Part shown: in pieces, positions 1 to 10,100 of the stretch
How the letters are laid out: the number at the start of each line of letters is the position of its first letter
Position numbering within the stretch: position 1 is the first letter of the stretch
Assembly: GCA_963663035.1 (NCBI GenBank)
Contig: OY760074.1
Location: forward strand, 480,001-544,000
Direction of reading: 5' to 3'
Length of the DNA stretch: 64,000 nucleotides
Origin: Acidobacteriota bacterium
GTDB lineage: Bacteria; Acidobacteriota; UBA6911; RPQK01; JADFOI01
Program-made: the position numbers and the translations under genes
Notes under the pieces: generated by a model
What the model was told of the DNA's origin: nothing
The model's database searches: none
What the model saw: only the letters and a program-made list of their open reading frames with translations

Positions 1-133
1 ACTATGATTGACTGCTATTTTAAAAGTTGCAAAGTAATTTCAGTGATTCGCGGAAGATCGGTCACATAGTTTACACCTTAATCCACTCAATCAGAGAAGG
101 AAATAGAGAAAGAGAGAGAGACGGGACTGGGGG

Positions 134-528
134 CGGGTGTTCAGGGAGGTCAAGATCGAGGCCGCACAAGCCCTGCGACCGCAGGCGTAGTTTAAGTACT
201 CCCTTTCATAAAGACGGTAACGTTTGCGGATGGGGCTTGCGAGGCGAGGTCGCGAAGGGAGGAGGAGGCGATGTCAGGGACATCGACGACGACGAGTGAC
301 AAAGAGATCGCCCGCAACCCCCATCCGCCCGAAGGGTTGGGGCGGGACGGGCCCATTTCTTTGTTGCATCTCCTCGCCGATGTCCCTGACATCGACTCGT
401 CGTCGCGCCTCGATCTGGGCTCCGTCGCGCTCCCAACAAACGCTATCGTATTTATCAAAGTGAGTACTATGCTACGTCGAGGATCGAAGGGCGCGGAGAA
501 CGAAGAGCTTGGCCTTCCTGGACACCCG
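134..528. mobile_element. MITE family A copy 1 (395-bp fold-back, nested)
   Basis: Imperfect TIRs cgggtgttcagggaggtcaag / cttggccttcctggacacccg. Near-identical copies at 17901-18295 (inverted) and 21715-22109. No transposase. Confidence 0.9.
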
Positions 529-530
529 TA

Positions 531-1130
531 TTAGTACTTTCTCATGATGCCGACTACGACACCTTGAATTCTTATCCGGTCCTCTTTCACCCATATAGGC
601 TCCAGGGTGGGGTGAGCGGGTTGAAGACGGATCGTTTCCTGTTCTCGATAAAATTTCTTCAGTGTAGCGTTTTCCCCATCGATCAGAGCGATGACCATTT
701 CCCCATCGCGAGCGCCCTCCCGCTCCTCGATGACCACAAAGTCACCATCCTGGATATGTTCATCAATCATGGAATCTCCTCGGACCCGCAGTACGTAGTT
801 CCTCTTGCGGGTGAGAAAACTCTCGGGAACAGAAATCTCTTCCACATTCACCACTGCTTCTACCGGTTTTCCCGCTGTTACGTAGCCTAGCAGTGGGAGT
901 GTTGTGGGTGAGGAGGCTTCAGGGTTCAGTAACTGAATGGATCGCGCTTGGTTGGGAAGACGCCGAATGAAGCCTCTTGTTTGCAGTGCCCTCAGATGCT
1001 TATAAACTCCATTCAGTGAGGACAGATCAAAGTGGTCGGCGATCTCTTCCAGAGTGGGTGAGTAACCCTGCCGTTCCAGGTACCCTCTCACGAAATCCAG
1101 GATCTCCTTTTGTCTCCTGGTCAGTGGCAT
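531..1130 (-). CDS. lexA: SOS repressor LexA
   Basis: N-terminal wHTH (LTRRQKEILDF...PTLEEIA), Ala-Gly cleavage site (VTAGKP), catalytic Ser (GDSM) and Lys (TLKK). Confidence 0.97.
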   Translation of the reverse strand: MPLTRRQKEILDFVRGYLERQGYSPTLEEIADHFDLSSLNGVYKHLRALQTRGFIRRLPNQARSIQLLNPEASSPTTLPLLGYVTAGKPVEAVVNVEEISVPESFLTRKRNYVLRVRGDSMIDEHIQDGDFVVIEEREGARDGEMVIALIDGENATLKKFYREQETIRLQPAHPTLEPIWVKEDRIRIQGVVVGIMRKY

Positions 1131-1148
1131 GAGCTTCCTTTCTCAGCC

Positions 1149-1177
1149 ATAATGGTGAATAAAAGGTGAATTGTCAA
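1149..1177 (-). promoter_or_regulatory. lexA sigma70-type promoter with overlapping direct-repeat operator (putative LexA box)
   Basis: Minus strand reads TTGACA-N17-CATTAT. The spacer contains ATTCACC twice at 11-bp period (ATTC-N7-ATTC). Confidence 0.6.
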
Positions 1178-1184
1178 GTGGGGG

Positions 1185-1207
1185 CACCTGACAGCTGACA
1201 CCTGGCA
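1185..1207. repeat. short heptamer (CTGACAN) tandem repeat
   Basis: cacctgacagctgacacctggca; same unit as the arrays at 16444 and 17303. Confidence 0.55.
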
Positions 1208-1264
1208 ATTATGACAGATGCGGTGGTAGAGTCTGCGTGGATGCAGGGAGGCACTTAGGTTTAC

Positions 1265-1717
1265 ATGCGAGCCGTTATACAGAGGGTTCAAGAAGCCAGG
1301 GTTCAGGTTGACGGGAGGGTCGTCGGAGCGATCTCCAAGGGGCTGGTGGTTTTGCTGGCTGTCGAAGCTGGTGATGGGGCAGAAGACTTAGCCTACCTGA
1401 AGAAGAAGATCCTGAATCTTCGTGTCTTTGAAGATGACCAGGGCAAAATGAATCTTTCCCTCCTGGATGTAGGTGGAAGTGTGCTGATGGTTTCACAATT
1501 CACTTTATACGGCGACGCCCGCAAGGGGAATCGACCCAGTTACTCTCGGGCAGCGCCCCCGACTCAAGCCAAAAAGCTTTACCAGGAGCTCATTGACCTC
1601 CTCCGTCGGGACGGAGTTGTGGTGGAGGCGGGTCAGTTCCAGGCCATGATGAAGGTTGCTCTGGTGAATGATGGCCCGGTCACTCTGATCGTGGATTCGA
1701 AGAAAGGCTACTACTGA
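1265..1717 (+). CDS. dtd: D-aminoacyl-tRNA deacylase
   Basis: MRAVIQRV start, SQFTLYGD and NDGPVT motifs. Confidence 0.97.
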   Translation: MRAVIQRVQEARVQVDGRVVGAISKGLVVLLAVEAGDGAEDLAYLKKKILNLRVFEDDQGKMNLSLLDVGGSVLMVSQFTLYGDARKGNRPSYSRAAPPTQAKKLYQELIDLLRRDGVVVEAGQFQAMMKVALVNDGPVTLIVDSKKGYY

Positions 1718-2433
1718 ACCGGAACCGGTTGTAGTTCCCACTCTTCCAGGAGTTCCTGGGGAAGGTTCGGGGAGTAGGGGGGCTCTCGAAAAAGTAGGAT
1801 CCTGACCTGAGCCTTACGCCGTGTATTGCTTATCCATCTATCCATTTCTTGGTTGGTTCTCTCCAGGATAAGGATCTCCCGAATCTGTTCCTGGACCAGT
1901 TCAAAGGCAGGGAGAGGGGCACCAGTCTCTCTTAATTGGGGAACAAGTGTCTCATCGTAATATTGCTGAATCTGTTGGGGTAAGAGAATGATAAAGGGTT
2001 CGAATCGGTTCTGAACGAACTTCCAAACAGCCAGCTCGCGCTGGATGACGTCGCGCAGATCAGACTCGGTCATCTCCATAGATTTGAGGTTCTCCTGAAA
2101 TTGATCTGGTGAGGAAAAGCGACGCTGATAGGCTTGCATCTGAATGTCCACTTCTTCCTGTGAGATTCCGATTCCAGGAGTTTGTTGAGCCTGGCGTGAG
2201 CTCAGCTTTTGATTGATGATTTGATCCAAAACGGTTAAATACAAGTCTCGCCTCTCTTGGGGCTCCTCGGGTACCGCCCAACCCTTGTATTAGACCAGCT
2301 GCTGGACCTCCGAAAAGGAAATGACTTCCCCGTCGACCAAGGCGGCAACCTGATCCACGATCTCTCCCCGAATGGGCATCGTAGAAAACAACAAAAGAAG
2401 AATCGCGCTTGCCACAAACATCGTGGTATTCAT
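1711..2433 (-). pseudogene. SurA N-terminal-domain-like periplasmic chaperone, interrupted by an in-frame TAA at 2290-2292
   Basis: Translation from ATG 2433 gives a signal peptide and EIVDQVAALVDGEVISFSEVQQLV*YKGW..., continuing in the same frame into ORF 1711-2244. Confidence 0.7.
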
Positions 2434-2448
2434 GGGACGAGACACTAG

Positions 2449-4087
2449 CCGCAATTATTCATAAGTTTGGGGTGAGTGTCGATTTTCTGCGGAAGTTCAG
2501 GGCTGAGAGTGTGTTCAGGTGCGATTACAAGGCGTCCAAGCTTGTTGAGCCGAATAGAGATGAAGCGAGAGCCCCTTCCGGAAACAGCTCGGCCCGCAGG
2601 GGGCTGTATATCTGTGTTGGCGCAGGGAGTCAGGGGACCGTCAGGTGGGACACAGACGGTGCATCAGTAATGCGAAGAGCTTTTGTTCGGGATAAGACGA
2701 TGCCAGGTGCACCCAGATGCGACGAGAAGTTTCCCGAACCCGGGCACCGATTTTGAACAGGCGGCGGCGGAGCGTCTCAATCTCCAGGTTGTGCCAGGGA
2801 GTCCCGCACAGGTAATCCCGCAGGCGCAGGATTAAGACATAGGCCAGGGCGTGGATGAAGAGTCGGAACTGGTTGGCCAGGAAACGGTGGCAGCTCAAGC
2901 GATCCATGGCCAGATCTTTTTTGAAAGCTTTCACGAAGTTCTCGCACTGGCCCCGTCCGATGTAGTGGTCATACAGCTGCCCGGCCGTGAGATCCTGGCG
3001 GTTGGTGACCACAAAGCGACGGTTGAACCCGCGCTCGCTCACTTCCACCTTGGCCACCATGCGCCGCTCCCGGTCCCAACTGTCGGCCTGATAGACGAGC
3101 TCGGTGAACTGGCGTTGCTTTTCTCCTGAGTCGTCATAGTCTGCTTGCACCTGCTCAACCAAGGGCTCGACGGTGGCCGCCAGCCGGGAGTTGCGGGCAA
3201 AGCCCACCACATACTGCAGTTTTTCCTCCTCACAGAACTCGTACAGTGCCGGCGTCGCAAAGCCACTGTCGGCTCGCACTTCGATCGGAACATCGGATCC
3301 CAGAACCTGGCGCATCCGGGCCACCACCCGTTTGAGAACCGCCACCGCGTGGGCGGCCGCCCCCTGGTTGCCGGGCCGCAGTAGCGCACATACCAGATCG
3401 CCCGTCTCGCCATCGAATAGCAGCAGCGGATGATACATGTGCTCGCGATAATAGCCGTGGTAAAAGCTGAACTCCTGCTGCCCATGCGTGACGTCATCCG
3501 TGCTGTCGATGTCCAGGATGATCTTCTCGGGCCGGCTCTTCTTGCGGTGCTTCAAGTAGGTCTCCAGCAGCCACTGTCCCAGGCGAGTGAGATCCTTCGA
3601 GTCCACCGAGTTCTCCAGTCGCGACAGCGTGGGTTGAGAAGCCAGATCCGGATCGCTTTCCGGCAGCCGATCACACACGGTCTTGAAGATGGGATCCGAG
3701 CGCAAGCTGTCGGCATCGTTGCAGTCCTCATAGCCGGCCACGATCTGAAAGCTGCGCTGGGTGAGCAGTTCGCGAATCTGGTGGCGGACGTAGCGGCTAT
3801 CTCGAGCGTCCTTCAGGCAGGAGGCAAAGCCAGCCGTCAGTCCGTGCTGTTGATCCAGGGCGTACAGACACAGCAGCCCGGCATCGGAGGAGAGCCGGCC
3901 TCCATCGAATCGAGCCACCACTTTTCTGTCAGGGTGAGATGGCAAGTTGATCTGGCAGACTGATGCATCGCTGGGCCGTACCTTTTTGGTTTGGAGTTGT
4001 TTCATAACCCCTTTTATATCAAAGAGGTACGGCATCTTTTTGTGCCCTCGATCAGACCCCTTCTTCAGAATTTATGAATAATCCGGG
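2449..4087 (-). mobile_element. IS1380-family insertion sequence, complete, flanked by a CTAG duplication
   Basis: TIRs ccgcaattattcataa / ttatgaataatccggg; CTAG at 2445-2448 and 4088-4091; intact transposase inside. Confidence 0.9.
2641..4035 (-). CDS. IS1380-family DDE transposase
   Basis: FDGGRLSSDAGL, YEDCNDADSLRSDP, LDIDST, VRADSGF and YIGRGQCEN motifs typical of IS1380 (DDE_Tnp_1_4-like). Confidence 0.93.
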   Translation of the reverse strand: MPYLFDIKGVMKQLQTKKVRPSDASVCQINLPSHPDRKVVARFDGGRLSSDAGLLCLYALDQQHGLTAGFASCLKDARDSRYVRHQIRELLTQRSFQIVAGYEDCNDADSLRSDPIFKTVCDRLPESDPDLASQPTLSRLENSVDSKDLTRLGQWLLETYLKHRKKSRPEKIILDIDSTDDVTHGQQEFSFYHGYYREHMYHPLLLFDGETGDLVCALLRPGNQGAAAHAVAVLKRVVARMRQVLGSDVPIEVRADSGFATPALYEFCEEEKLQYVVGFARNSRLAATVEPLVEQVQADYDDSGEKQRQFTELVYQADSWDRERRMVAKVEVSERGFNRRFVVTNRQDLTAGQLYDHYIGRGQCENFVKAFKKDLAMDRLSCHRFLANQFRLFIHALAYVLILRLRDYLCGTPWHNLEIETLRRRLFKIGARVRETSRRIWVHLASSYPEQKLFALLMHRLCPT

Positions 4088-7000
4088 CTAGAAGGGCTGC
4101 CCCAAAGTGATGTGGAAGTTCCAGCGGTGGAACACCTCCACGTCAGGAGGGTTCGGCGTGTACCCGACATCGAAGCGAAGGACTCCTACTGGAGAATTGA
4201 TTTGAAGCCCGGTTCCCACCGCATGATTGAATCCTGAGGAAAGTTCGGTGGGACTGCGGAAGACGTTGCCCACATCGTAAAAAAGCGTTCCTGAAAGGAA
4301 GGCCACCAGGGGAAATCTCAGCTCCAGGTTAGCGATCAGAAGGGCATTACCTCCTAAGGGAACTGGACGGCCATTGGGATCTGGTTCCCCGAGGGCGTCG
4401 ACGAGTATGACCTCTCCCGTTTCGGGATCCTGCAGAAGAGGCCCAGCCAGATCCTGGGGAAGTCCTCGCAGTGTTGTCGATCCTCCAGAGAAAAATCGCT
4501 CACTGATGGGAATCGGATTTTCGAGCGGTTGGCCGGCGGTTCTACCGAAGGGAGCGATAACACCCAACCTCAGGGAAGATGCCAGGACTAAATCGGGGAA
4601 AAGCTTACGATAATACTGCCCCTGGGTGAAGATGCGCACAAAGTCCTCATCGGAGCCGATCACCCGAGTCGAAAGCCGTGCATCTCCAGAAACGAGAAAG
4701 CCCACCTTGGGATCGGTTGGATTATCGCGCGACTCGTTGAGATAGGATACTGAAAAACTGGAAAGACGGAGTTCTTCTTCTTCTCGAAAGAATTGTAGGG
4801 GCGCAGCAAGGTTTTCGGGCAGGTCGATCCGGACCTTCTCGAAGTTGTAGCGAAAGAAGAGAGCGTCCCGGCGGCTCAAGGTTCGCTCGGTTTGGGCCGA
4901 GGCGCTGAGGCGGAGTTCGCCAAAAGGCTTTCCGCGAATGGCTTCCCGTCCTCCTGCAATGTCTTCTTTCAGAGCCTCTTCGTTGGTGGCAGTCAAGGAA
5001 ATGAGTGAGGGGAGTTTTCGCTCAAAAAGGCGGGACAGGCTATAGGAGAGGTTTGCACGTTGGCGCCTGGCCCCAACCCGGAGACCCAGAGAGAGAGTGC
5101 TCGCTCTGCCCAGAAAGTTACTGTTGGCAATGCCGAAAGTGCCACGTGGTCCCTCGAATGAGCTGTAACCGAGACCGTAAAGAAGCGTATATTTTTTTGC
5201 TTCTTCCATATTAACTATCACGTTTTTCTGAAGTGGATCTCGGTAGGAAGAAACTTCTCTGACCTGTACTTTGTTGAAAATAGCCAAATTGTACAAGTTG
5301 GTCTCGGTCGCCAGGACACGATCCAACGACAGAGGGTCCCCGGGAGCAATCTCCACTTCTCTTTGAAGCAGATCCTTCCGAGTGGTGAGGCTGCCAGTCA
5401 GGATGACCTGTTCGGTGGAGGTACGGGGCCTTTCCCGAATCAAGTATGTGATCGCAACTCGTCCCGGCTCTGGGTAAACGACTTCAGAGCTGAAGTCCAC
5501 TTCCCGGTAACCCAGGTTTGCGTAGACAGCAAGAACGTTGGCACGATCCTGGGCCACAACAAGAGGGGAGAAGGGTGTCCCGGGCCGGCCCTGAAGTTCC
5601 TCATAAAGGGTCTCCTTACTGAGGTCTTTGTTGCCAGTGAACTCCACAGATTCGATCAGATAGCGCGGACCCTCCTGAATCTTGTAAAGCACTGTGAGAT
5701 CATGCGAGTCAGGACTCTCCACGATAAGGGAATGAGCGACTTCCACATCCTGGAAGCCACTTCGCTGATAGTACCTCGTGATGCTGATCACATCTTCTTC
5801 TGCCCTCTCGGTCGAGAACTTTCCTCGAGTAAAGAGTCCGTTCTCCTCAACGCTGAGGATCTTCTTCAGGGATCCACTTTGGGCGAACCGGTTTCCTTCG
5901 AACAGGGCTTCCTTGAGACTGTATTTCTGGCCTTTATCGACGGTGATCACGACCTTGGTAGGTTCCCGGCCGGTCCCTGTGGTTTCGTAATCCACTTGGG
6001 CCATGAAGTAACCCTCATTTTGATATCCCTGGCGAAGTTCTTTTCGAGTTGCCTCCAGATAGAAGGGTGCTGTACCTCTTTGGCTGAAGACGGGAAGATC
6101 TGCAAGTTCCTCACGACTAGCTTCGATGCCATGAAATTCAATCTGAGTTCGTTCTTTCGGTTCAATGCGAACAGTCAATGAGGCAGAATTCTCCGTATCG
6201 TGGTATTGAACTGTCTCCCTCACGAAACATTGAAGGTAGCCTTGCAAGAACAGATACTTCTCGATTGTGCGAAGGTCTTCTTCCAGTTGAACCCGGGAAA
6301 AAGCTTTTTCTTCACGGGTCTCCATCAGAGACTGGATTTCTTTCACATTCAAATCTCCCTCGACATCAAGACCAAGCTCATCCACAAGGGCCTGATCCCC
6401 GGCTTCGATCTGCAGTCTCAGAATGAGGCGCGCATTCTTATGAAGGAGTTCAAAGCGGGGTTCGATTCGGGCACGGTAGTAGCCGTGTCTCTGGTACAGC
6501 TCACTTAAACGGCCAAGGGTTTCTTCCATCAAAACTGCTGAATAGGCTTCTCCAGCTCGAAAGGCCAGTTCTCGACGGAGTTGTTGCCGGTCCAGTTCCA
6601 AGTCTCCCTCGAATTTGATTTCCTGGATCAAGTATTTACGAATGAGAAGAATCCTGACCCGCACCTGATCGCCAGCGGGTTCGAGGTCAACCTGTACGTC
6701 GTGGAAGATTTCAGTGGAGAACAGGCGTTTCAGAGAGCTTGCGGTTTGAGAGGCGCTGTAGGGCTTTCCCTCGCGGAGTTCAATCAAGTTGAGAAGATCG
6801 TTGGTCGAGATGTGATTCAGTGGGCCGTCGGATTGGAGTTCGATCGTCTGAATGATCTTCCCCTCAAATGGGGAATTGGCTCGAAGGAAACTCGGCAGAG
6901 TAAAGCAAAAAATCAGACTCAAGAAGAGAGCCAGTATCGCTTTGTCAACCGGGCCGGCTGATGAATTGTGCGCTCCAGCCCGGATTATGCATAGGTTCTT

Positions 7001-7159
7001 GTCACGAAGCGACGAAAGCGCCGAGCTGACAAGGCGCGCGAGGGGTACCCGCCACGGGTCGGCCCCCGCAAACGTACTCTTGAGTACGTTGAGGAGGCCG
7101 ACTGAGAGCAACGCTGTCAGGGCGGATGATTTCGTCGCTGCAGTAGAGAATTTATGCAT
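4088..7159 (-). CDS. Omp85-family (TamA/BamA-like) outer membrane protein with multiple POTRA domains; start uncertain, first in-frame ATG lies in the MITE end
   Basis: Signal-like hydrophobic stretch, repeated POTRA patterns (I.F.GN; Y...GY), RFFSGGSTTLRG barrel motif, C-terminal ...LGQPF. Confidence 0.85.
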   Translation of the reverse strand: MHKFSTAATKSSALTALLSVGLLNVLKSTFAGADPWRVPLARLVSSALSSLRDKNLCIIRAGAHNSSAGPVDKAILALFLSLIFCFTLPSFLRANSPFEGKIIQTIELQSDGPLNHISTNDLLNLIELREGKPYSASQTASSLKRLFSTEIFHDVQVDLEPAGDQVRVRILLIRKYLIQEIKFEGDLELDRQQLRRELAFRAGEAYSAVLMEETLGRLSELYQRHGYYRARIEPRFELLHKNARLILRLQIEAGDQALVDELGLDVEGDLNVKEIQSLMETREEKAFSRVQLEEDLRTIEKYLFLQGYLQCFVRETVQYHDTENSASLTVRIEPKERTQIEFHGIEASREELADLPVFSQRGTAPFYLEATRKELRQGYQNEGYFMAQVDYETTGTGREPTKVVITVDKGQKYSLKEALFEGNRFAQSGSLKKILSVEENGLFTRGKFSTERAEEDVISITRYYQRSGFQDVEVAHSLIVESPDSHDLTVLYKIQEGPRYLIESVEFTGNKDLSKETLYEELQGRPGTPFSPLVVAQDRANVLAVYANLGYREVDFSSEVVYPEPGRVAITYLIRERPRTSTEQVILTGSLTTRKDLLQREVEIAPGDPLSLDRVLATETNLYNLAIFNKVQVREVSSYRDPLQKNVIVNMEEAKKYTLLYGLGYSSFEGPRGTFGIANSNFLGRASTLSLGLRVGARRQRANLSYSLSRLFERKLPSLISLTATNEEALKEDIAGGREAIRGKPFGELRLSASAQTERTLSRRDALFFRYNFEKVRIDLPENLAAPLQFFREEEELRLSSFSVSYLNESRDNPTDPKVGFLVSGDARLSTRVIGSDEDFVRIFTQGQYYRKLFPDLVLASSLRLGVIAPFGRTAGQPLENPIPISERFFSGGSTTLRGLPQDLAGPLLQDPETGEVILVDALGEPDPNGRPVPLGGNALLIANLELRFPLVAFLSGTLFYDVGNVFRSPTELSSGFNHAVGTGLQINSPVGVLRFDVGYTPNPPDVEVFHRWNFHITLGQPF

Positions 7160-7167
7160 AATACGGG
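6979..7167 (-). mobile_element. MITE family B copy 1 (IS1380-like ends), 189 bp
   Basis: TIRs cccggattatgcata / tatgcataatacggg, flanked by ccag / ctag; internal palindrome aacgtactcttgagtacgtt. Confidence 0.88.
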
Positions 7168-7175
7168 CTAGACTT

Positions 7176-10100
7176 TCAAAATCGTTGCTTGAGCTTGAAG
7201 TCGATGGCAACTGATCCGTCCTGGTCCCGGTTCCAACCGCGGTCAACCAGTCCGTTATTTTGTATTCGAAGACCACGATTTGACCCTGCTGATCGCTGCT
7301 CAAATCAGTGCTGTAGTTAACGGATAGATCTCTCGTCAACTGTTTGCCCAGGGTGATTCGAGCTCCCGGGTCGCGCTCGCTCCCGAAAAGGAATGGATCG
7401 ATGGAAAATTTTTCGAATCCGAAAAGCCGACTCGTTCGATTTTCCAGTCTTTCTCCGAGACTCTTACTGAGAACAGCTCCCGCTCCATAGACAGCCAGAG
7501 TGCCAGCTTCGCTCTGTCTTTCCCCTCCAAACCCTAGAATTTCTTCCTGGGTCTGCCCGATCGCGAGAAGGGAAACAATGCTCGGTGTGGGCATGGGAGG
7601 ATCCGAGCGGAAAGTGAACTCCAACTGATCGAGAGGTCCCTGGACAATTACCGAGATCGTGAACTCCCGAATCTCGGTTTGACCCTCCAGATTCACAAAA
7701 GGTCGAGTGCGTCTGGGATCATTGAAATTGACGATTCCTCGAGAGATCTCATAGTCATTATTCTCCAAAAACAGTTGACCACTGTCGATGGTGACAGTGC
7801 CCAGAATGACAGGGTTCTGTAAGGTACCGCGGGCAACGAGTTCAGCACTGGCCACCAGGTCGGCCAGATTGTTGGTAGCGCGTAGACTCTGATAAGCCTC
7901 GACCGTGACATCCAGGACCACTTCCGGAGCCGCTGTGGTGGGGAGGGAAGCGATCTCACCCTGAGCATATAGGGAAATGATTTCAGGGATAGAGATGTCC
8001 TGGTTGTACTCCGCAGCCCGCACATAGACCGCACCAGAGATCAATTCGGAGATGTCGCTTTTCAGGAGGTCCAAATCCACGTCTATGGTCGAAATCAGGT
8101 TGCGTGGATATTCCAGACGGAGGCCGTTTCCAAAGACGTTGATTTGCCAACGGGTAGCCGTTAAACCCTCCAGGAAGATCCCTCCTTCCGCGTTTACCGT
8201 GCCAAAGATGGTATTTGAGGAAAAGCTGTCCAGAGAAACCTGATTAGCAGTGAACCTGAGACTGCCCTCCGCATCAAAGAGGGTGGTTGGCAATTGGGGA
8301 TGATCAAGGAAGCCCTCTTCCAGTTCAGCAATTCCGACCATGCGGGGCTCGCTCAATGGACCCGCGATGACCATTTCCAACTGGACCTGCCCGGCCATGG
8401 TCCCGGAAGGCAAGAAGCTGTTCATCACCAGCAGGTTCATGGTCCCTTCCAGCTCGAGATTGATGCTTCGGCTTTCTCCCAGGTCGATTGTTCCTCCGAT
8501 CTGAAGCTCGGAATCCTCGCCGTTCAGGCTGAGTTGGTCCAGGGTCAACAGCCCGGCTCGATAAGAAAGCCGTAAGGGGTTCAGGTTCTTCAGCTGGTAA
8601 GTCGACAGGGAAAGGTCGATTTGTGGAAACACCACCTCAACGCTGAGTTCGGCGGGATCCTTTAAGGGTCCAGTCAGTGTCAGGCGGCCGCTCACAAGAC
8701 CACCAACATCCGGGAGATCCTGGGCAGGAATCAGCTGCAGGTAAGGATCCAGGGAGACTTCTTTCAACTCCGATGTGGCATTGATCCAGTAAGGGTCAAC
8801 GAGTCCGAGCTGCCCTTCAAACAGGAAAGAATTTCCCAGGTAGCCGTGCTGCAAACGAAAATCAAGAGCTTCTCCCCGGCCTTCTGCCTGCAGACGAACG
8901 TTCTCCAGGACGGACTCCTGGATGACGATTCGAGGTCCCTCCAGGAGAAGTTCAAAATTCGAGTCACTGAAGTTACCCTTTCCTGTGAAGGTGAAGTTGA
9001 TTGGACCTTTGGCTGGAATCTCCTTTTGCAGCCAGCCAAGATTCTCCAGTGGGAACTGGTCGCCCTTGAGATCGACCCTATAGGATTGATCATTCCAGCT
9101 CACAGCCGCCTGGCCGGAAACTGTGCCCTGCTGGACTGAGCCTTGAAGCTCTTGCAGAAGAATCTCCCCGTCTTCAATATCGACCTTGACACTGAAGCGG
9201 TCCAGTCCTTCGTCGTAAACTCTCGGCTGTAAGACTGAAAACCTTCCGCTGCCCCTGTAATCACCCGAGGCGATCTCTTCGAGGTGAAGTTGGCCGCTCA
9301 CCTGTCCCTGCATGGGGATCGCCAGAGGGGTCATGGAGAGAAAACGTTCTATGGGGACTTGATCGAGTTGAAGCTCGAGTGCTTCCAATGACGGAATCTC
9401 TGTCGAGTCGAGGGACAGGCGCAATGAAGTACTCAGTCCAAACCCGGGCCCAAGGAGTCTCGCTTCATCGATTTGGAAGGTCTCTTCGGATAAGCTGATC
9501 CGTGTTTCGAAGTCTCCCAGGAGTTCGTCTCTGAGGTGAATTTGCTCGCTCCGAACTGTTCCTCTCAGGCTCAATGGGTCCTTTCCTCCCTCCAGAGTTC
9601 CGGAGATACGAGTTGGGCCCTTGATCTCGATGAAATCGTGGTAGAGGAATCGTTCTGGCACTCCGCTGGACCCGATCAGTGTGAAGAGTTCCTCACTCTG
9701 CTGTGACACAAGGTCGAGATCTAACCGATAAGCTCCTGGGAAACCGATAGAACCGCTATAGTTGATCAGGCTTGAGGGAGTACGAAGCACGCCATCTGTC
9801 AGGTTGATTTCCTGCTGTCGGAACGAAATCGAGGAGTTCCCCTGGAAGGAAAGAGCCGGCAAGGTCGAGCTTCCCATGGGAGCTTGGGGAGAAAGCTCCC
9901 CCTGGTAAGAGAGATGACCTTGGGCACTCACTTCTTCCCAGTGAAGTCCGGGCCAACCCACCTGGCCAGTGAAGTCTGCAGAGCCGTGGAGTGGGAAGGC
10001 TTCCTGCCCCAAAGCTGTGAGGAGAGGGTCAATCGTGATCTGAGATGCGTCAACCTGAAAGTCAGAGGCGCCATCCTTCCAGTAGAGCTTTCCATGTGTC

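Noticed and set aside
93-122. GA-rich microsatellite-like stretch
   Set aside because: Short, imperfect and at the window edge, with no context to interpret.
27-534. Several 77-90 aa ORFs repeated in each MITE A copy
   Set aside because: They recur only because the DNA is repeated. They occur on both strands of a quasi-palindrome and resemble no known protein.
2290-2292. Stop-codon reassignment suggested by the in-frame TAA
   Set aside because: TAA terminates many normal genes here (lexA, clpB, nuoA), and this is a single instance.
7070-7090. HAIR half-site (CTTGAGT/ACTCAAG) inside MITE B palindromes
   Set aside because: Only one half-site within a hairpin, without the N7-spaced inverted pair.
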